NCBI GenBank assembly: GCA_963715895.1
Contig: OY970284.1
Location: forward strand, 5,167,600-5,231,599
DNA: 64,000 nt
Direction: 5' to 3'
Origin: Thermoanaerobaculia bacterium
Lineage (GTDB): Bacteria > Acidobacteriota > Thermoanaerobaculia > Gp7-AA8
The position numbers were made by a program, and so were the translations under genes. The notes under the pieces were generated by a model. That model was not told where the DNA came from, ran no database searches, and worked only from the letters and a program-made list of their open reading frames with translations. Of this stretch, positions 54,356-62,973 are shown piece after piece (positions within the stretch are counted from its first letter, which is position 1; every line of letters starts with the position of its first letter).

Positions 54356-54479
54356 ATCGAGGCAAACGCACACGCGGAACGCCGGTTCGTGATCGCCGAC
54401 ACATCTAATCGTGACGAGGCTCGTTTCCCAGGCCGGCCGCCGGCCTGACGATGAGCAAATCATCAAAGAAGAGGTCACG

Positions 54480-56390
54480 ATGCCGCGAACCTGCCGGAGT
54501 TACGAAGAGACCTACGCGCAATCGATGCAGGATCCGGAGGGGTTCTGGGCGGAGGCAGCGGAGGACGTCCACTGGTTCCGCAAGTGGGATCAGGTTCTGG
54601 ACCGCTCCCATGCCCCTTTCTACCGATGGTTCGCCGGCGGTGTGACCAACACCTGCTACAACGCGCTCGACATTCACGTCGAGAACGGCCGCGGAGAGCA
54701 GGCGGCGCTGATTTATGACAGTCCGCTTGCCGGCATCGTCCGCTCGTTCACGTATCGCGAGCTGCGGGATCTCGTGGCCCGTTTCGCCGGTGTGCTCGTC
54801 TCGCAGGGAGTCCGGAAAGGCGGCCGCGTCATCATCTATATGCCGATGGTCCCCGAAGCGGTGGTGGCCATGCTCGCGTGCGCACGCATCGGGGCCATTC
54901 ACTCGGTCGTGTTTGGAGGGTTCGCCGCGCCGGAGCTTGCCAAGCGGATCACGGATGCGAAGCCGAAACTGATCGTCTCGGCGTCCTGCGGGCTCGAGCC
55001 CGGCCGTATCGTCCCTTACAAGCCGCTGCTCGATGACGCTATCGCCCTCTCTCCCGAAAAACCGGAACGTTGCATCATCCTGCAGAGGCCCCAACTCGCG
55101 GCTTCACTGATGGATAGCCGCGATGCCGACTGGGAAGAGCTGATGAAGGAGGCCGTGCCGGCCGATTGCGTCCCGGTCCAGGCCACCGATCCGCTCTACA
55201 TTCTTTATACGTCCGGAACGACCGGGCACCCGAAAGGGGTCATTCGCGATAACGGCGGACACCTGGTGGCGCTGAAATGGAGCATGGAGTTCGTCTATGG
55301 CGTCAAGCCGGGGGAGGTGTTCTGGTCCGCCTCCGACATCGGCTGGGTCGTCGGCCATTCGTACATCGTTTACGCCCCGTTGTTCCACGGTTGCACCTCG
55401 GTGCTCTACGAAGGAAAGCCCGTGGGGACGCCGGATCCCGGCGCCTTCTGGCGCGTCATTTCCCAGCACGGTGTGACCGTCCTCTTCACCGCTCCCACCG
55501 CCTTCCGGGCGATCAAACGAGACGATCCCAACGGTGAGCACATGCGCCGCTATGACCTGCGCGCGCTTCGCTATCTCTTCCTTGCCGGCGAACGCTGCGA
55601 TCCCGACACGCTGCTCTGGGCGCAGGAGAAGTTAGGCATTCCGGTCATCGATCACTGGTGGCAGACCGAGACCGGCTGGGCCGTCGGCGCCAATTGCGTC
55701 GGGCTCGGCCCCTTTCCGGTAAAGCCGGGATCGTGCACCAAGCCGGTTCCGGGATACGACGTGCGTATCCTCGACGAGGCCCACGAGGAAGTCGCCGCCG
55801 GAGTATTGGGAAACATCGTCATCAAGCTGCCGTTGCCGCCAGGTTGCCTGCCGACGATGTGGAATGCCGACGCCGAATACGAGAAGTGGTATCTGCAAAC
55901 CTATCCCGGTTATTACAGGACCGCCGACGCCGGCATCAAGGACGCGGACGGCTACCTCTGGGTCATGAGCCGTACGGACGACATCATCAACGTCTCCGGA
56001 CACCGGCTCTCTACCGGTGCCATGGAGGAAGTGCTGGCCTCGCATCCCGACGTCGCCGAGTGTGCGGTCCTCGGCGTGGCCGACCCGATCAAGGGAGAGG
56101 TTCCGCTCGGCTTCGTCGTCCTCAAATCGGGCGTAAACCGTGATCACCGCCTGATCGTCGACGAGCTGATCCGCGCCGTACGCGATCGCATCGGACCGGT
56201 GGCGTCGTTCAAGACCGCGACCGTTGTGAAGCGCCTGCCGAAGACCCGTTCCGGAAAGATCGTGCGCGGCACGATGAAGAAGATCGCCGACGGTTCGGCG
56301 TACACCGTTCCGCCGACGATCGACGATCCGGCAACGCTCGACGAGATTGCAGGATCGCTGGCCGCCCTCGGCTATCCGCACACGGGTTAA
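54480..56390 (+). CDS. Propionate/acetate--CoA ligase (AMP-forming acyl-CoA synthetase)
   Basis: The AMP-binding motif YTSGTTGHPKG is present. The N-terminus YAQSMQDPEGFWAEAA is Acs/PrpE-type. The ATG at 54480 is preferred. Confidence 0.85.
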   Translation: MPRTCRSYEETYAQSMQDPEGFWAEAAEDVHWFRKWDQVLDRSHAPFYRWFAGGVTNTCYNALDIHVENGRGEQAALIYDSPLAGIVRSFTYRELRDLVARFAGVLVSQGVRKGGRVIIYMPMVPEAVVAMLACARIGAIHSVVFGGFAAPELAKRITDAKPKLIVSASCGLEPGRIVPYKPLLDDAIALSPEKPERCIILQRPQLAASLMDSRDADWEELMKEAVPADCVPVQATDPLYILYTSGTTGHPKGVIRDNGGHLVALKWSMEFVYGVKPGEVFWSASDIGWVVGHSYIVYAPLFHGCTSVLYEGKPVGTPDPGAFWRVISQHGVTVLFTAPTAFRAIKRDDPNGEHMRRYDLRALRYLFLAGERCDPDTLLWAQEKLGIPVIDHWWQTETGWAVGANCVGLGPFPVKPGSCTKPVPGYDVRILDEAHEEVAAGVLGNIVIKLPLPPGCLPTMWNADAEYEKWYLQTYPGYYRTADAGIKDADGYLWVMSRTDDIINVSGHRLSTGAMEEVLASHPDVAECAVLGVADPIKGEVPLGFVVLKSGVNRDHRLIVDELIRAVRDRIGPVASFKTATVVKRLPKTRSGKIVRGTMKKIADGSAYTVPPTIDDPATLDEIAGSLAALGYPHTG

Positions 56391-56459
56391 GAGAATCTTC
56401 GCGACTTCACCGATAAATTCGCCGCCGCGGTCGTCTCCCCTGACGAAAGGAGATGAACC

Positions 56460-56795
56460 ATGAGTGAGCAAGTACGCAGTGAACAAATCGCGAGATCGAG
56501 GACAGATGAGAACCCTGGGCCGCTGGCCGGCATTACCCTGATCAACGACAGCGGAACGACGGTGACGGCGATCGTCGGCCATTGGTGGTGGGGGCTGGTC
56601 ACCGTCGCCTATGTGAATCCGGGCCATCGGATCCTGTTGCCCGCGGGGAGCGCCGCGAACGACGTCTTCCTGCTCAACCAGGTGACGGCGCACGTCGCGG
56701 TCACGGTGATCGAGCTGCCATGCACCTCCTTCGTCACCTTCAATAAGAAGAAGGTCGTCCATTCCGGTGCCACGGTGAAGGTGAGCGAGTTCTAG
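56460..56795 (+). CDS. Hypothetical protein
   Basis: The ORF is 111 aa, preceded by AAAGGAG. No family was recognised. Confidence 0.45.
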   Translation: MSEQVRSEQIARSRTDENPGPLAGITLINDSGTTVTAIVGHWWWGLVTVAYVNPGHRILLPAGSAANDVFLLNQVTAHVAVTVIELPCTSFVTFNKKKVVHSGATVKVSEF

Positions 56796-56870
56796 AGGCA
56801 CCGCCGCGTCGCGCGATACGACTCCACCCTCACCCGATCAGGGTGGGGGTGGAGTCTGTGCGGGGATCGC

Positions 56871-57287
56871 TCAGTCCCAGCGCCCGCGGCCACGTGACAA
56901 CGCAAAGCGGCCGCTGCCGAGGAAGGCGATCGCCAGGGCGCTGAAGAAGTAGAGCAATTGGAGCTCTCCATGCAGGGCGCCGGTCTGACGGTCGACGTCA
57001 AACATCTTCATGCCGAGAACGAGGTACGACGCCATCGACATCTCGAATACGACGACGAGAGCCGCGACTCGCGTGAAGATCCCGGCGATGAGCAGGATCG
57101 GCGCCACGACTTCCGCGACGTACACGCCGTACGCGAGCCATGCGGGCAGGTGATGCGCCTGCAGCGGTCCGGCCATCCAGGCCACGCCGTGCCGCAGTTT
57201 CGAGATTCCGTGAAAGGCGAGCAGGACCGCCACGGTGAGTCGGAGAATGAGCTTTCCTTGGTCGTCCATGACGTTCTCCTTAGCCAC
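56871..57287 (-). CDS. DoxX family membrane protein
   Basis: It is a 138-aa four-TM protein. LLAFHGISKL...GVYVAEVVAPILLIAGIFTRVAAL is typical of DoxX. Confidence 0.7.
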   Translation of the reverse strand: MAKENVMDDQGKLILRLTVAVLLAFHGISKLRHGVAWMAGPLQAHHLPAWLAYGVYVAEVVAPILLIAGIFTRVAALVVVFEMSMASYLVLGMKMFDVDRQTGALHGELQLLYFFSALAIAFLGSGRFALSRGRGRWD

Positions 57288-57494
57288 TAACGTTGAATCG
57301 CATGGCTCACTTTAGCGAAGAGAGACCGATCGAGCTTCTAGAGCCGAGGTAGAGGACAGTCTGCCAGTTGATTTTGTCGCTGTACAGGGTCGGCCTGGAT
57401 GCCGAGCTAAGATATCGTCGAAAGGAAATATCCGCGTATGTCCGTAGAGAGAAGGGGCGATCCCGGTTCGATCCCGTTCAGTTCCACCAACCCG

Positions 57495-58253
57495 ATGGAC
57501 CGGCAGCTCTTTCTCGTCCTTGGACTCAACCGCAGCGGCACCTCGGCTCTGACCAAGGCACTGGCGGCGTGTGGCGCCGCGATCGGGTTTCAGCATCCAG
57601 CGCTCGCCACCGGCCTCTGGAAAAATGACCAATGGCATCCCGCCGGCGGCTACGAAAGCCACGAGGTCCCTCCGGTGCTGTGGCTGGTGCGGGAGATCGT
57701 CGATCGCGCCGGCGGCACCCAGGCCAACCCGCTCATCGGCGATGAAATCAGTCTAAGCGTCACGGACACCTTCGCCGTGGCCGGGCTCCTCAACTCCATC
57801 CCTTCGTTCCCGTTCGCGATCAAAGATCCGCTGCTGACGTTCCAATACCGGCAGTGGAAGCAGATTGCGCGCGAGGCGAAGATCGACACGCGCGCTGTCG
57901 TTTCGCTGCGCGACCCGCTGCAGAGCGCGCACGCGCTGCTCAAGCGCCGCTTCTGCCGGACCATTCGCGGCGGTCTGGAACAGTGGCTTCGGTACTACAG
58001 CGAGGTCAAATTCCTCCTCGACGCCGGCGAGCAGCCGATGATCGTCTTCTATGACGGCGACATGGACTCGTACCTGCCGCAGATAGCGGCGCTCTGCGGC
58101 GCGCTCGGCCTGACCTTCGACCGGGAGAAGGTCCGGGGAGGCTTTACTCCCGCCCCGCGCCAGGAGCACGACGCGGGCGAGATGGACCAGCATCCTCTCG
58201 GCGACGCCATCCGCCGGCTGTTCGACGATCTGCGGTCACGCAAACTCGAATAG
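57495..58253 (+). CDS. Sulfotransferase-family protein candidate
   Basis: MDRQLFLVLGLNRSGTSALTKAL resembles the PAPS 5'-phosphosulfate-binding loop (xxRSGTT/S) at the extreme N-terminus. The rest was not assignable by eye. Confidence 0.5.
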   Translation: MDRQLFLVLGLNRSGTSALTKALAACGAAIGFQHPALATGLWKNDQWHPAGGYESHEVPPVLWLVREIVDRAGGTQANPLIGDEISLSVTDTFAVAGLLNSIPSFPFAIKDPLLTFQYRQWKQIAREAKIDTRAVVSLRDPLQSAHALLKRRFCRTIRGGLEQWLRYYSEVKFLLDAGEQPMIVFYDGDMDSYLPQIAALCGALGLTFDREKVRGGFTPAPRQEHDAGEMDQHPLGDAIRRLFDDLRSRKLE

Positions 58254-59408
58254 CGGCCGCAGCAGCATCTCCTGGCCCAAGGTGCGTTTGAGCACGCGCG
58301 GCACGGCGTCGCGGTCACGCTCGCCGCGAAGGATGCCGGCGAGCATGGCGCGCGACTCGGGCGGCAGACGCAATGGGATCGTTCCCTCGGCAGCGAGGCG
58401 CGCGAGCGACTCGGCGACCCATTCCGCCGGATCGGCTTCCGGCAGCAGTTCCGCGAGCGCATCGCGGATCGGCGGCCAGGAGCGGTATGTCAGCAACAGC
58501 GCCAGCAGGATGCGATCCTCCGGTCTGGCCACGCGCGACCACCGGATCGAATAGAAAAGATCGACCTCGTGGCCGGCGTCGGCCATCCCGGCAAACCACG
58601 CCCCCTGATGCTTTGCGCCGAGCGCAACCGTCTCCTCGATCGCCCCCGCCGCGCGCAGGTAGTGCCAGTTCTCGAGCAGGTGCCATACCGCGTCCCACGG
58701 CTGCTCGCGTTTGATCAGCAGGCGGATGTAGTCGAGCCCCTTCGGCGTGGCGCGCAGGCTCTCCGCCATCTTGCGCGTGTAACGGAACCGCTCGGGCACG
58801 GCCACGAAACGCCAGTCCTCGCGCAACACCTGCGTGGCGATGGCCGGCCGAAAGTACTGGAACTGCCGCAGCGCCGGCGTGCGCGGCGGCGTGCGGATGA
58901 CCAGAACGACCGTCGGTTCGTCGAGATGCCACACCTGATGGATGAAGCTGGAGCCCGGATCGATACGCCGCACGTCGCCTTCGCGGATCATTTCGATCGC
59001 GGCCACGCGAAGCTCGCCGGTGCGGACGGCCGGATCGACCCGACCGGCGCCTGCAAAGTCGAAGGTGCCATGCAGGGTCCTTCCCGAAAGGTTGAGAAAG
59101 GCCCCGGCGAAGTCGTGATCGTGCACCACCACCTCGGGCGTGGTGTAGACGTAGACACTGACGAAAAAGCGCGCATTCGACCAGACCGTGAACGCCGACG
59201 GTCCGAACGGTCCGAAGGGATTGCACGCCGCGGGAAAGCGCTGCCGGGACAGCGTCCAGTCGGCGAGCGCGGCGAGATCAAAGGAGCGGTCGGGGCGGGC
59301 CTCCGCGAGCAGGCGCGCCGCGATCCGCGGAAGGTCACGAGGTTTGTAGCCTGCCGCCTTCCACTCCGCATCGATCCGCGCGGCCAGCCGCCGCAGCGCC
59401 GGGACCAT
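58236..59408 (-). CDS. Hypothetical 390-aa protein (possible cupin-like core), divergent from the lasso operon
   Basis: Coding-like composition is present. The segment VVVHDHDFAGAFLNLSGRTLHGTF...IHQVWHL suggests a His-rich metal site. No family was recognised. Confidence 0.5.
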   Translation of the reverse strand: MVPALRRLAARIDAEWKAAGYKPRDLPRIAARLLAEARPDRSFDLAALADWTLSRQRFPAACNPFGPFGPSAFTVWSNARFFVSVYVYTTPEVVVHDHDFAGAFLNLSGRTLHGTFDFAGAGRVDPAVRTGELRVAAIEMIREGDVRRIDPGSSFIHQVWHLDEPTVVLVIRTPPRTPALRQFQYFRPAIATQVLREDWRFVAVPERFRYTRKMAESLRATPKGLDYIRLLIKREQPWDAVWHLLENWHYLRAAGAIEETVALGAKHQGAWFAGMADAGHEVDLFYSIRWSRVARPEDRILLALLLTYRSWPPIRDALAELLPEADPAEWVAESLARLAAEGTIPLRLPPESRAMLAGILRGERDRDAVPRVLKRTLGQEMLLRPLFEFA

Positions 59409-59577
59409 CGTCAGGAGTCTCGCTTACATAATTCCATTCGTCAAGCGCCGCGGCAACCCGCCGTCACCCCCTTGACTGCATGGCCAGCCGATGAGCCGGG
59501 CCATGCCGCACGCGTTTCAAGAAATAAATAGCGAAACCCATTGACACGCACGTGTGTTTTTGTGCACCCTTACGTCT

Positions 59578-59844
59578 ATGCGCGCCGACCCGCGAGTCCG
59601 GCTGGTCATGAAGGACGAAGGCGCGGTATTGCTCCACCTTGGGAACGGCCACTACCAGAGTCTCAACAAGACCGGGGCGCTGATCTGGAAAGAGATCACC
59701 TCCGGTGCCACGCTCGATGAGACGGTGACGCGGCTCTGCAGTCGATTTCCAGCCATTCCCCGGGAGCGCGTCGAAGGGGACGTGCGCGAATTCGTAGCGC
59801 AACTCAAGGAACGCGACCTGGTTGCGCTGGAGACTGAACGATGA
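59578..59844 (+). CDS. Lasso peptide biosynthesis PqqD-family chaperone (B1 / RRE)
   Basis: LVMKDEGAVLLHLGNGHYQSLNKTGALIWKEITSGATLDETVTRLCSRFPAIPRERVEGDVREFVAQLKERDLV is a typical PqqD/RRE fold sequence. It overlaps B2 as ATGA. Confidence 0.85.
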   Translation: MRADPRVRLVMKDEGAVLLHLGNGHYQSLNKTGALIWKEITSGATLDETVTRLCSRFPAIPRERVEGDVREFVAQLKERDLVALETER

Positions 59845-60203
59845 TCGCCGCCTGGCTTCGGCTGGCCGTTGTCGACTTGCTCGTCTCCTTTGGCGGCTTT
59901 CCTCGTCTGCACCGCTTCATGCGCGGCATCGCGGTTCGCCAAACGGAGAAGGCCGCCACGGCCGAGCAGGTCTGCCGCACCCTCGACCGCGCCGCGGTCC
60001 ACTACCCCCGCGAGCTGCAGTGCCTGAAACGCTCTGCGGCGATGACCTGGCTCCTCCGCGCCCGCGGCTACCCCGCGGCGATGATGTTCGGCGCCACCGT
60101 CACTCCGTTCATGGCCCACGCCTGGGTCGAACTCGACGGCCGCGTTATCAGTGAAGACGAGCGGACGATTCGCGGTACCTACGACGTCCTGGACCAATGG
60201 TGA
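59841..60203 (+). CDS. Lasso peptide biosynthesis B2 protein (transglutaminase-like leader peptidase)
   Basis: The catalytic Cys context is RELQCLKRSAAMTWLL and the His context is FMAHAWVELDG. The size of 120 aa fits split-B systems. Confidence 0.85.
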   Translation: MIAAWLRLAVVDLLVSFGGFPRLHRFMRGIAVRQTEKAATAEQVCRTLDRAAVHYPRELQCLKRSAAMTWLLRARGYPAAMMFGATVTPFMAHAWVELDGRVISEDERTIRGTYDVLDQW

Positions 60204-61954
60204 TGGAGCTCTTCGGAACGCTCCATCGCTTTCCTTCCGACTCGGTGACGATGTCTCCGTCGGTCGCGGACGGCGAGCTGGCGATCTCGTTCGACGGCCG
60301 TCTCGACGATCCGAACGACCTCCGTGCCGAGCTCTCGCTTCCGTGGCATGCCGGCAGCGAAGCGATCATCGCCGCCGCGCATCGCCGCTGGAACGACGAC
60401 TTCCTCGCCCACCTCACCGGCGACTTCGCTTTTGCTCTCTGGGACTCACGCACAGCGCGACTTCTCCTGGCGCGCGACTGCTTCGGCGTACGCCCGCTCT
60501 TCTTTCATCGGAGACCCGAGGCCATCACCTGGTCGTCGCGTCTGCAACTGCTGCTCGACTACACCGGCTGCGACCGCACCCCTGACGACGACTACATCGT
60601 CGCCGTCCTGGCCAACGGCGGGCGGCTCGACGTCAGCCCCTACGCCGCCATCGCGGCGGTGCCGCCGGCGAATTTCGTCACGTTCACCCGGGACGGGCAA
60701 TCGACACGCACCTACTGGCGGCTCGATCCCGCAAGCGAGGTCCGCCTCGCTTCCGATGCCGAATACGAGGAGCGGTTTTTCACCCTCTTCCGCAGATCGG
60801 TGCGCAACCGGCTGCAGGCCAAGGGTCCCGTTTTCGCGGAACTGAGTGGTGGCGTCGACTCCTCGTCGATCGCCGCGGCCGCCGACGACGTCATGCGCGG
60901 CGAAGGCCGGCCCAACGACGCGCTGCAGACGGTCTCGCACATCTACGAGGAGACCGCACAATCGGACGACGGCCCCTTCATCGCCATCGCCGAACGAGCG
61001 CTCGGCCGGCCGGCACATCACTTCCTTGAACGCGATGCGCGGATCTTCTCTTCGATCGCCGAAGAGTACCCGTACGAGGCGCCGGCGCCGTACTGGGCCG
61101 GCGCGGAGCTCCGCGCGCGCGTCGCCGCGCGCGTGGCAGAACGCGGGGGCTCGGTAATCCTCAGCGGCCTCGGCGGCGATCACATCTGCTGGAGCGATAC
61201 CGACACGCCTCCGGCCGTCAGCGACCACCTGGCCCGCCTGCGCATCGGAGCGGCGGCGCGGGAGGCCAGGGAGTGGTCCGCCGCGATCGCCGTCCCGCAA
61301 ATGAGAATCCTGGCACGCGCCGCACGGCTGGCCATCGGCGCCCGCTTCGGCCTGCGCCACCACGCTCCGAACCTTCCTCCCTGGCTCGACCCGCGCCTCG
61401 CCAAACGCCGCCCGGGCCTCGACCTCAGCGGGTTTCGTCTCCCCAGCCGGCGGGAGTTCGTGCTGGTCATGCGCGCACTGCTGGATGCGATCCGGCTCCG
61501 GCACTCCGTCGATCCATCCATCGAGGTGCGCTATCCATTCGCCGACCGCGACCTCGTCGAATTCACCTTCGCCCTGCCCATCGAACAGCATCTTCGCCCG
61601 CACGAGATGCGCTCGCTCCAGCGGCGCGCCATGGCCCGCCTGCTGCCGCCGGAGATCGCCCAGCGGAAGTCGAAAGGGGGTCCGGCCAAGGCCATTTACC
61701 TGCGGCTGCGGCAGGTCTGGCCGGCGCTCCGTCCGCTCGTCGAGCGCGAGCGCCTGCGCGTCGTCGAGCGCGGCTACGCCGACCGCGCCATCCTGCTGAA
61801 CGCGCTGCAGCGGGCGGGACACGGACAGAACGTCAACGCGCCCTTCCTGATGCGCGTTCTGGCCGTCGAATTCTGGCTCCGCAAACTGGAACGGGCCGCC
61901 ACGGCCGGCGAATCGCCGCGGCGGAATCCCGCAATCACGACCGAAAGGAGGTGA
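60197..61954 (+). CDS. Lasso peptide isopeptide-bond-forming cyclase (asparagine synthetase-like, C protein)
   Basis: The ATP pyrophosphatase motif ELSGGVDSSSIAAAA is present. The Asn-synthetase B-like architecture spans 585 aa. Confidence 0.9.
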   Translation: MVMELFGTLHRFPSDSVTMSPSVADGELAISFDGRLDDPNDLRAELSLPWHAGSEAIIAAAHRRWNDDFLAHLTGDFAFALWDSRTARLLLARDCFGVRPLFFHRRPEAITWSSRLQLLLDYTGCDRTPDDDYIVAVLANGGRLDVSPYAAIAAVPPANFVTFTRDGQSTRTYWRLDPASEVRLASDAEYEERFFTLFRRSVRNRLQAKGPVFAELSGGVDSSSIAAAADDVMRGEGRPNDALQTVSHIYEETAQSDDGPFIAIAERALGRPAHHFLERDARIFSSIAEEYPYEAPAPYWAGAELRARVAARVAERGGSVILSGLGGDHICWSDTDTPPAVSDHLARLRIGAAAREAREWSAAIAVPQMRILARAARLAIGARFGLRHHAPNLPPWLDPRLAKRRPGLDLSGFRLPSRREFVLVMRALLDAIRLRHSVDPSIEVRYPFADRDLVEFTFALPIEQHLRPHEMRSLQRRAMARLLPPEIAQRKSKGGPAKAIYLRLRQVWPALRPLVERERLRVVERGYADRAILLNALQRAGHGQNVNAPFLMRVLAVEFWLRKLERAATAGESPRRNPAITTERR

Positions 61955-61961
61955 AATCAAA

Positions 61962-62108
61962 ATGACGGAAAGAAAGGAAGAAGAAGGCTACGAAGCGCCT
62001 GAGATCTTCGAGCTCGGCCGCGCCGAGGAACTGACGCTCGGCAAACCGATGGGCGGATGGCCCGACGACTTCGAGCAGTTCATCAAGCCGCAGCCGCCGT
62101 ACTGCTGA
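61962..62108 (+). CDS. Lasso peptide precursor (A peptide), 48 aa; not in the ORF track
   Basis: The translation is MTERKEEEGYEAPEIFELGRAEELTL|GKPMGGWPDDFEQFIKPQPPYC. AAAGGAGG lies 9 nt upstream. The leader has Y-17, P-14, I-12, G-8 and T-2. The core starts with Gly and has Asp at position 9. Confidence 0.8.
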   Translation: MTERKEEEGYEAPEIFELGRAEELTLGKPMGGWPDDFEQFIKPQPPYC

Positions 62109-62115
62109 TGGCGCC

Positions 62116-62144
62116 CGAGGTGCCCTGTCCCGCAGGGCACCTCG
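62116..62144 (+). terminator. 12-bp hairpin immediately after the precursor gene
   Basis: The hairpin is CGAGGTGCCCTG-TCCCG-CAGGGCACCTCG. No U-tract follows. Confidence 0.55.
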
Positions 62145-62238
62145 TCTAGCGGTCACGGTCGCCGGTTCCCTCCGCTTTGCGTATCATTCGGAAGCGTTAC
62201 AGAAGCTTTCTTGTAACGACCGGCATCGGAGGTGACAC

Positions 62239-62973
62239 ATGAGAATCGTCTGGATCGTGACCGCACTCCTCGTAATTTCCGCCTCGGCGTTTGCGCAACC
62301 CTCCGGCCAGTACCTCCGGATGCAGGGCTTTCCGCAACACGGTTATATCGAGATCCCCGATGACGTCCTGCTCGACACCCCCTCGATGACGGTCGAGGCC
62401 TGGGTCTCGGTTCGTGACGCGCACGGCGGTACGGGCTGCTCCTCGATCGCGGGGAAGGGATTCCAGACCGGTTGGTGGCTCGGACTGTGCGGCACGACGA
62501 TGCGCAGCTACTTCAACGGCTCGTCAAGCCTCAGGGACGGCGGCGTCATCCCGGATGTGCCCACCACCGTCTGGATCCACATCGCGGCCGTGACGGATGA
62601 GACGACACACACACGCAAACACTACATCAACGGAAATCTCGTGTCCCAGGGAGCAGAGGCTCCCCGGTCCGTGTCGACGCTCCCCATGCGCATCGGGAGC
62701 GACCCGAACTGGGACTTCATGCCCGAGGGAGGCATCGACGACTTGAGGATCTGGAAGGTTGCCCGGACGCAGGAGCAGATTCGCCAGACCATGTTTACGG
62801 GCTTCATTCCGGAAGCGAACGACGTCACCGGCGTGTTCCAGGGACTCGAAGCCTGGTACCGATTCGAAGGCAACGCCTTTGACTCGTGGCGTACGCACCA
62901 CGGAACGATCGTCGGAACCGGAATCAGCTTCGCCCAAGCCCCCCCCTTCCGGCGGCACTCGGCGGGACACTGA
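62239..62973 (+). CDS. Secreted LamG / concanavalin-A-like lectin domain protein
   Basis: The signal peptide is MRIVWIVTALLVISASAFAQP. Typical LamG strings are present (MTVEAWV..., WIHIAAV..., GGIDDLRIWKVARTQEQIRQ). Confidence 0.6.
   Translation: MRIVWIVTALLVISASAFAQPSGQYLRMQGFPQHGYIEIPDDVLLDTPSMTVEAWVSVRDAHGGTGCSSIAGKGFQTGWWLGLCGTTMRSYFNGSSSLRDGGVIPDVPTTVWIHIAAVTDETTHTRKHYINGNLVSQGAEAPRSVSTLPMRIGSDPNWDFMPEGGIDDLRIWKVARTQEQIRQTMFTGFIPEANDVTGVFQGLEAWYRFEGNAFDSWRTHHGTIVGTGISFAQAPPFRRHSAGH

Noticed and set aside
57417-57490. tRNA-like 3' end (GGTTCGATCCCGTTCAGTTCCACCA), possibly a tRNA gene or att-site remnant next to the lasso region
   Set aside because: The T-stem would have only 3 base pairs. 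The best acceptor pairing gives a 66-nt molecule with no D-arm. The string is better explained as a CGATCCCG direct repeat. An ancient att remnant cannot be excluded, but nothing supports it.
59541-59577. TTGACA at 59541-46 as the -35 box of the lasso operon promoter
   Set aside because: No acceptable -10 hexamer lies at 16-19 nt spacing, and promoter consensus for this lineage is uncertain. It is left uncalled.
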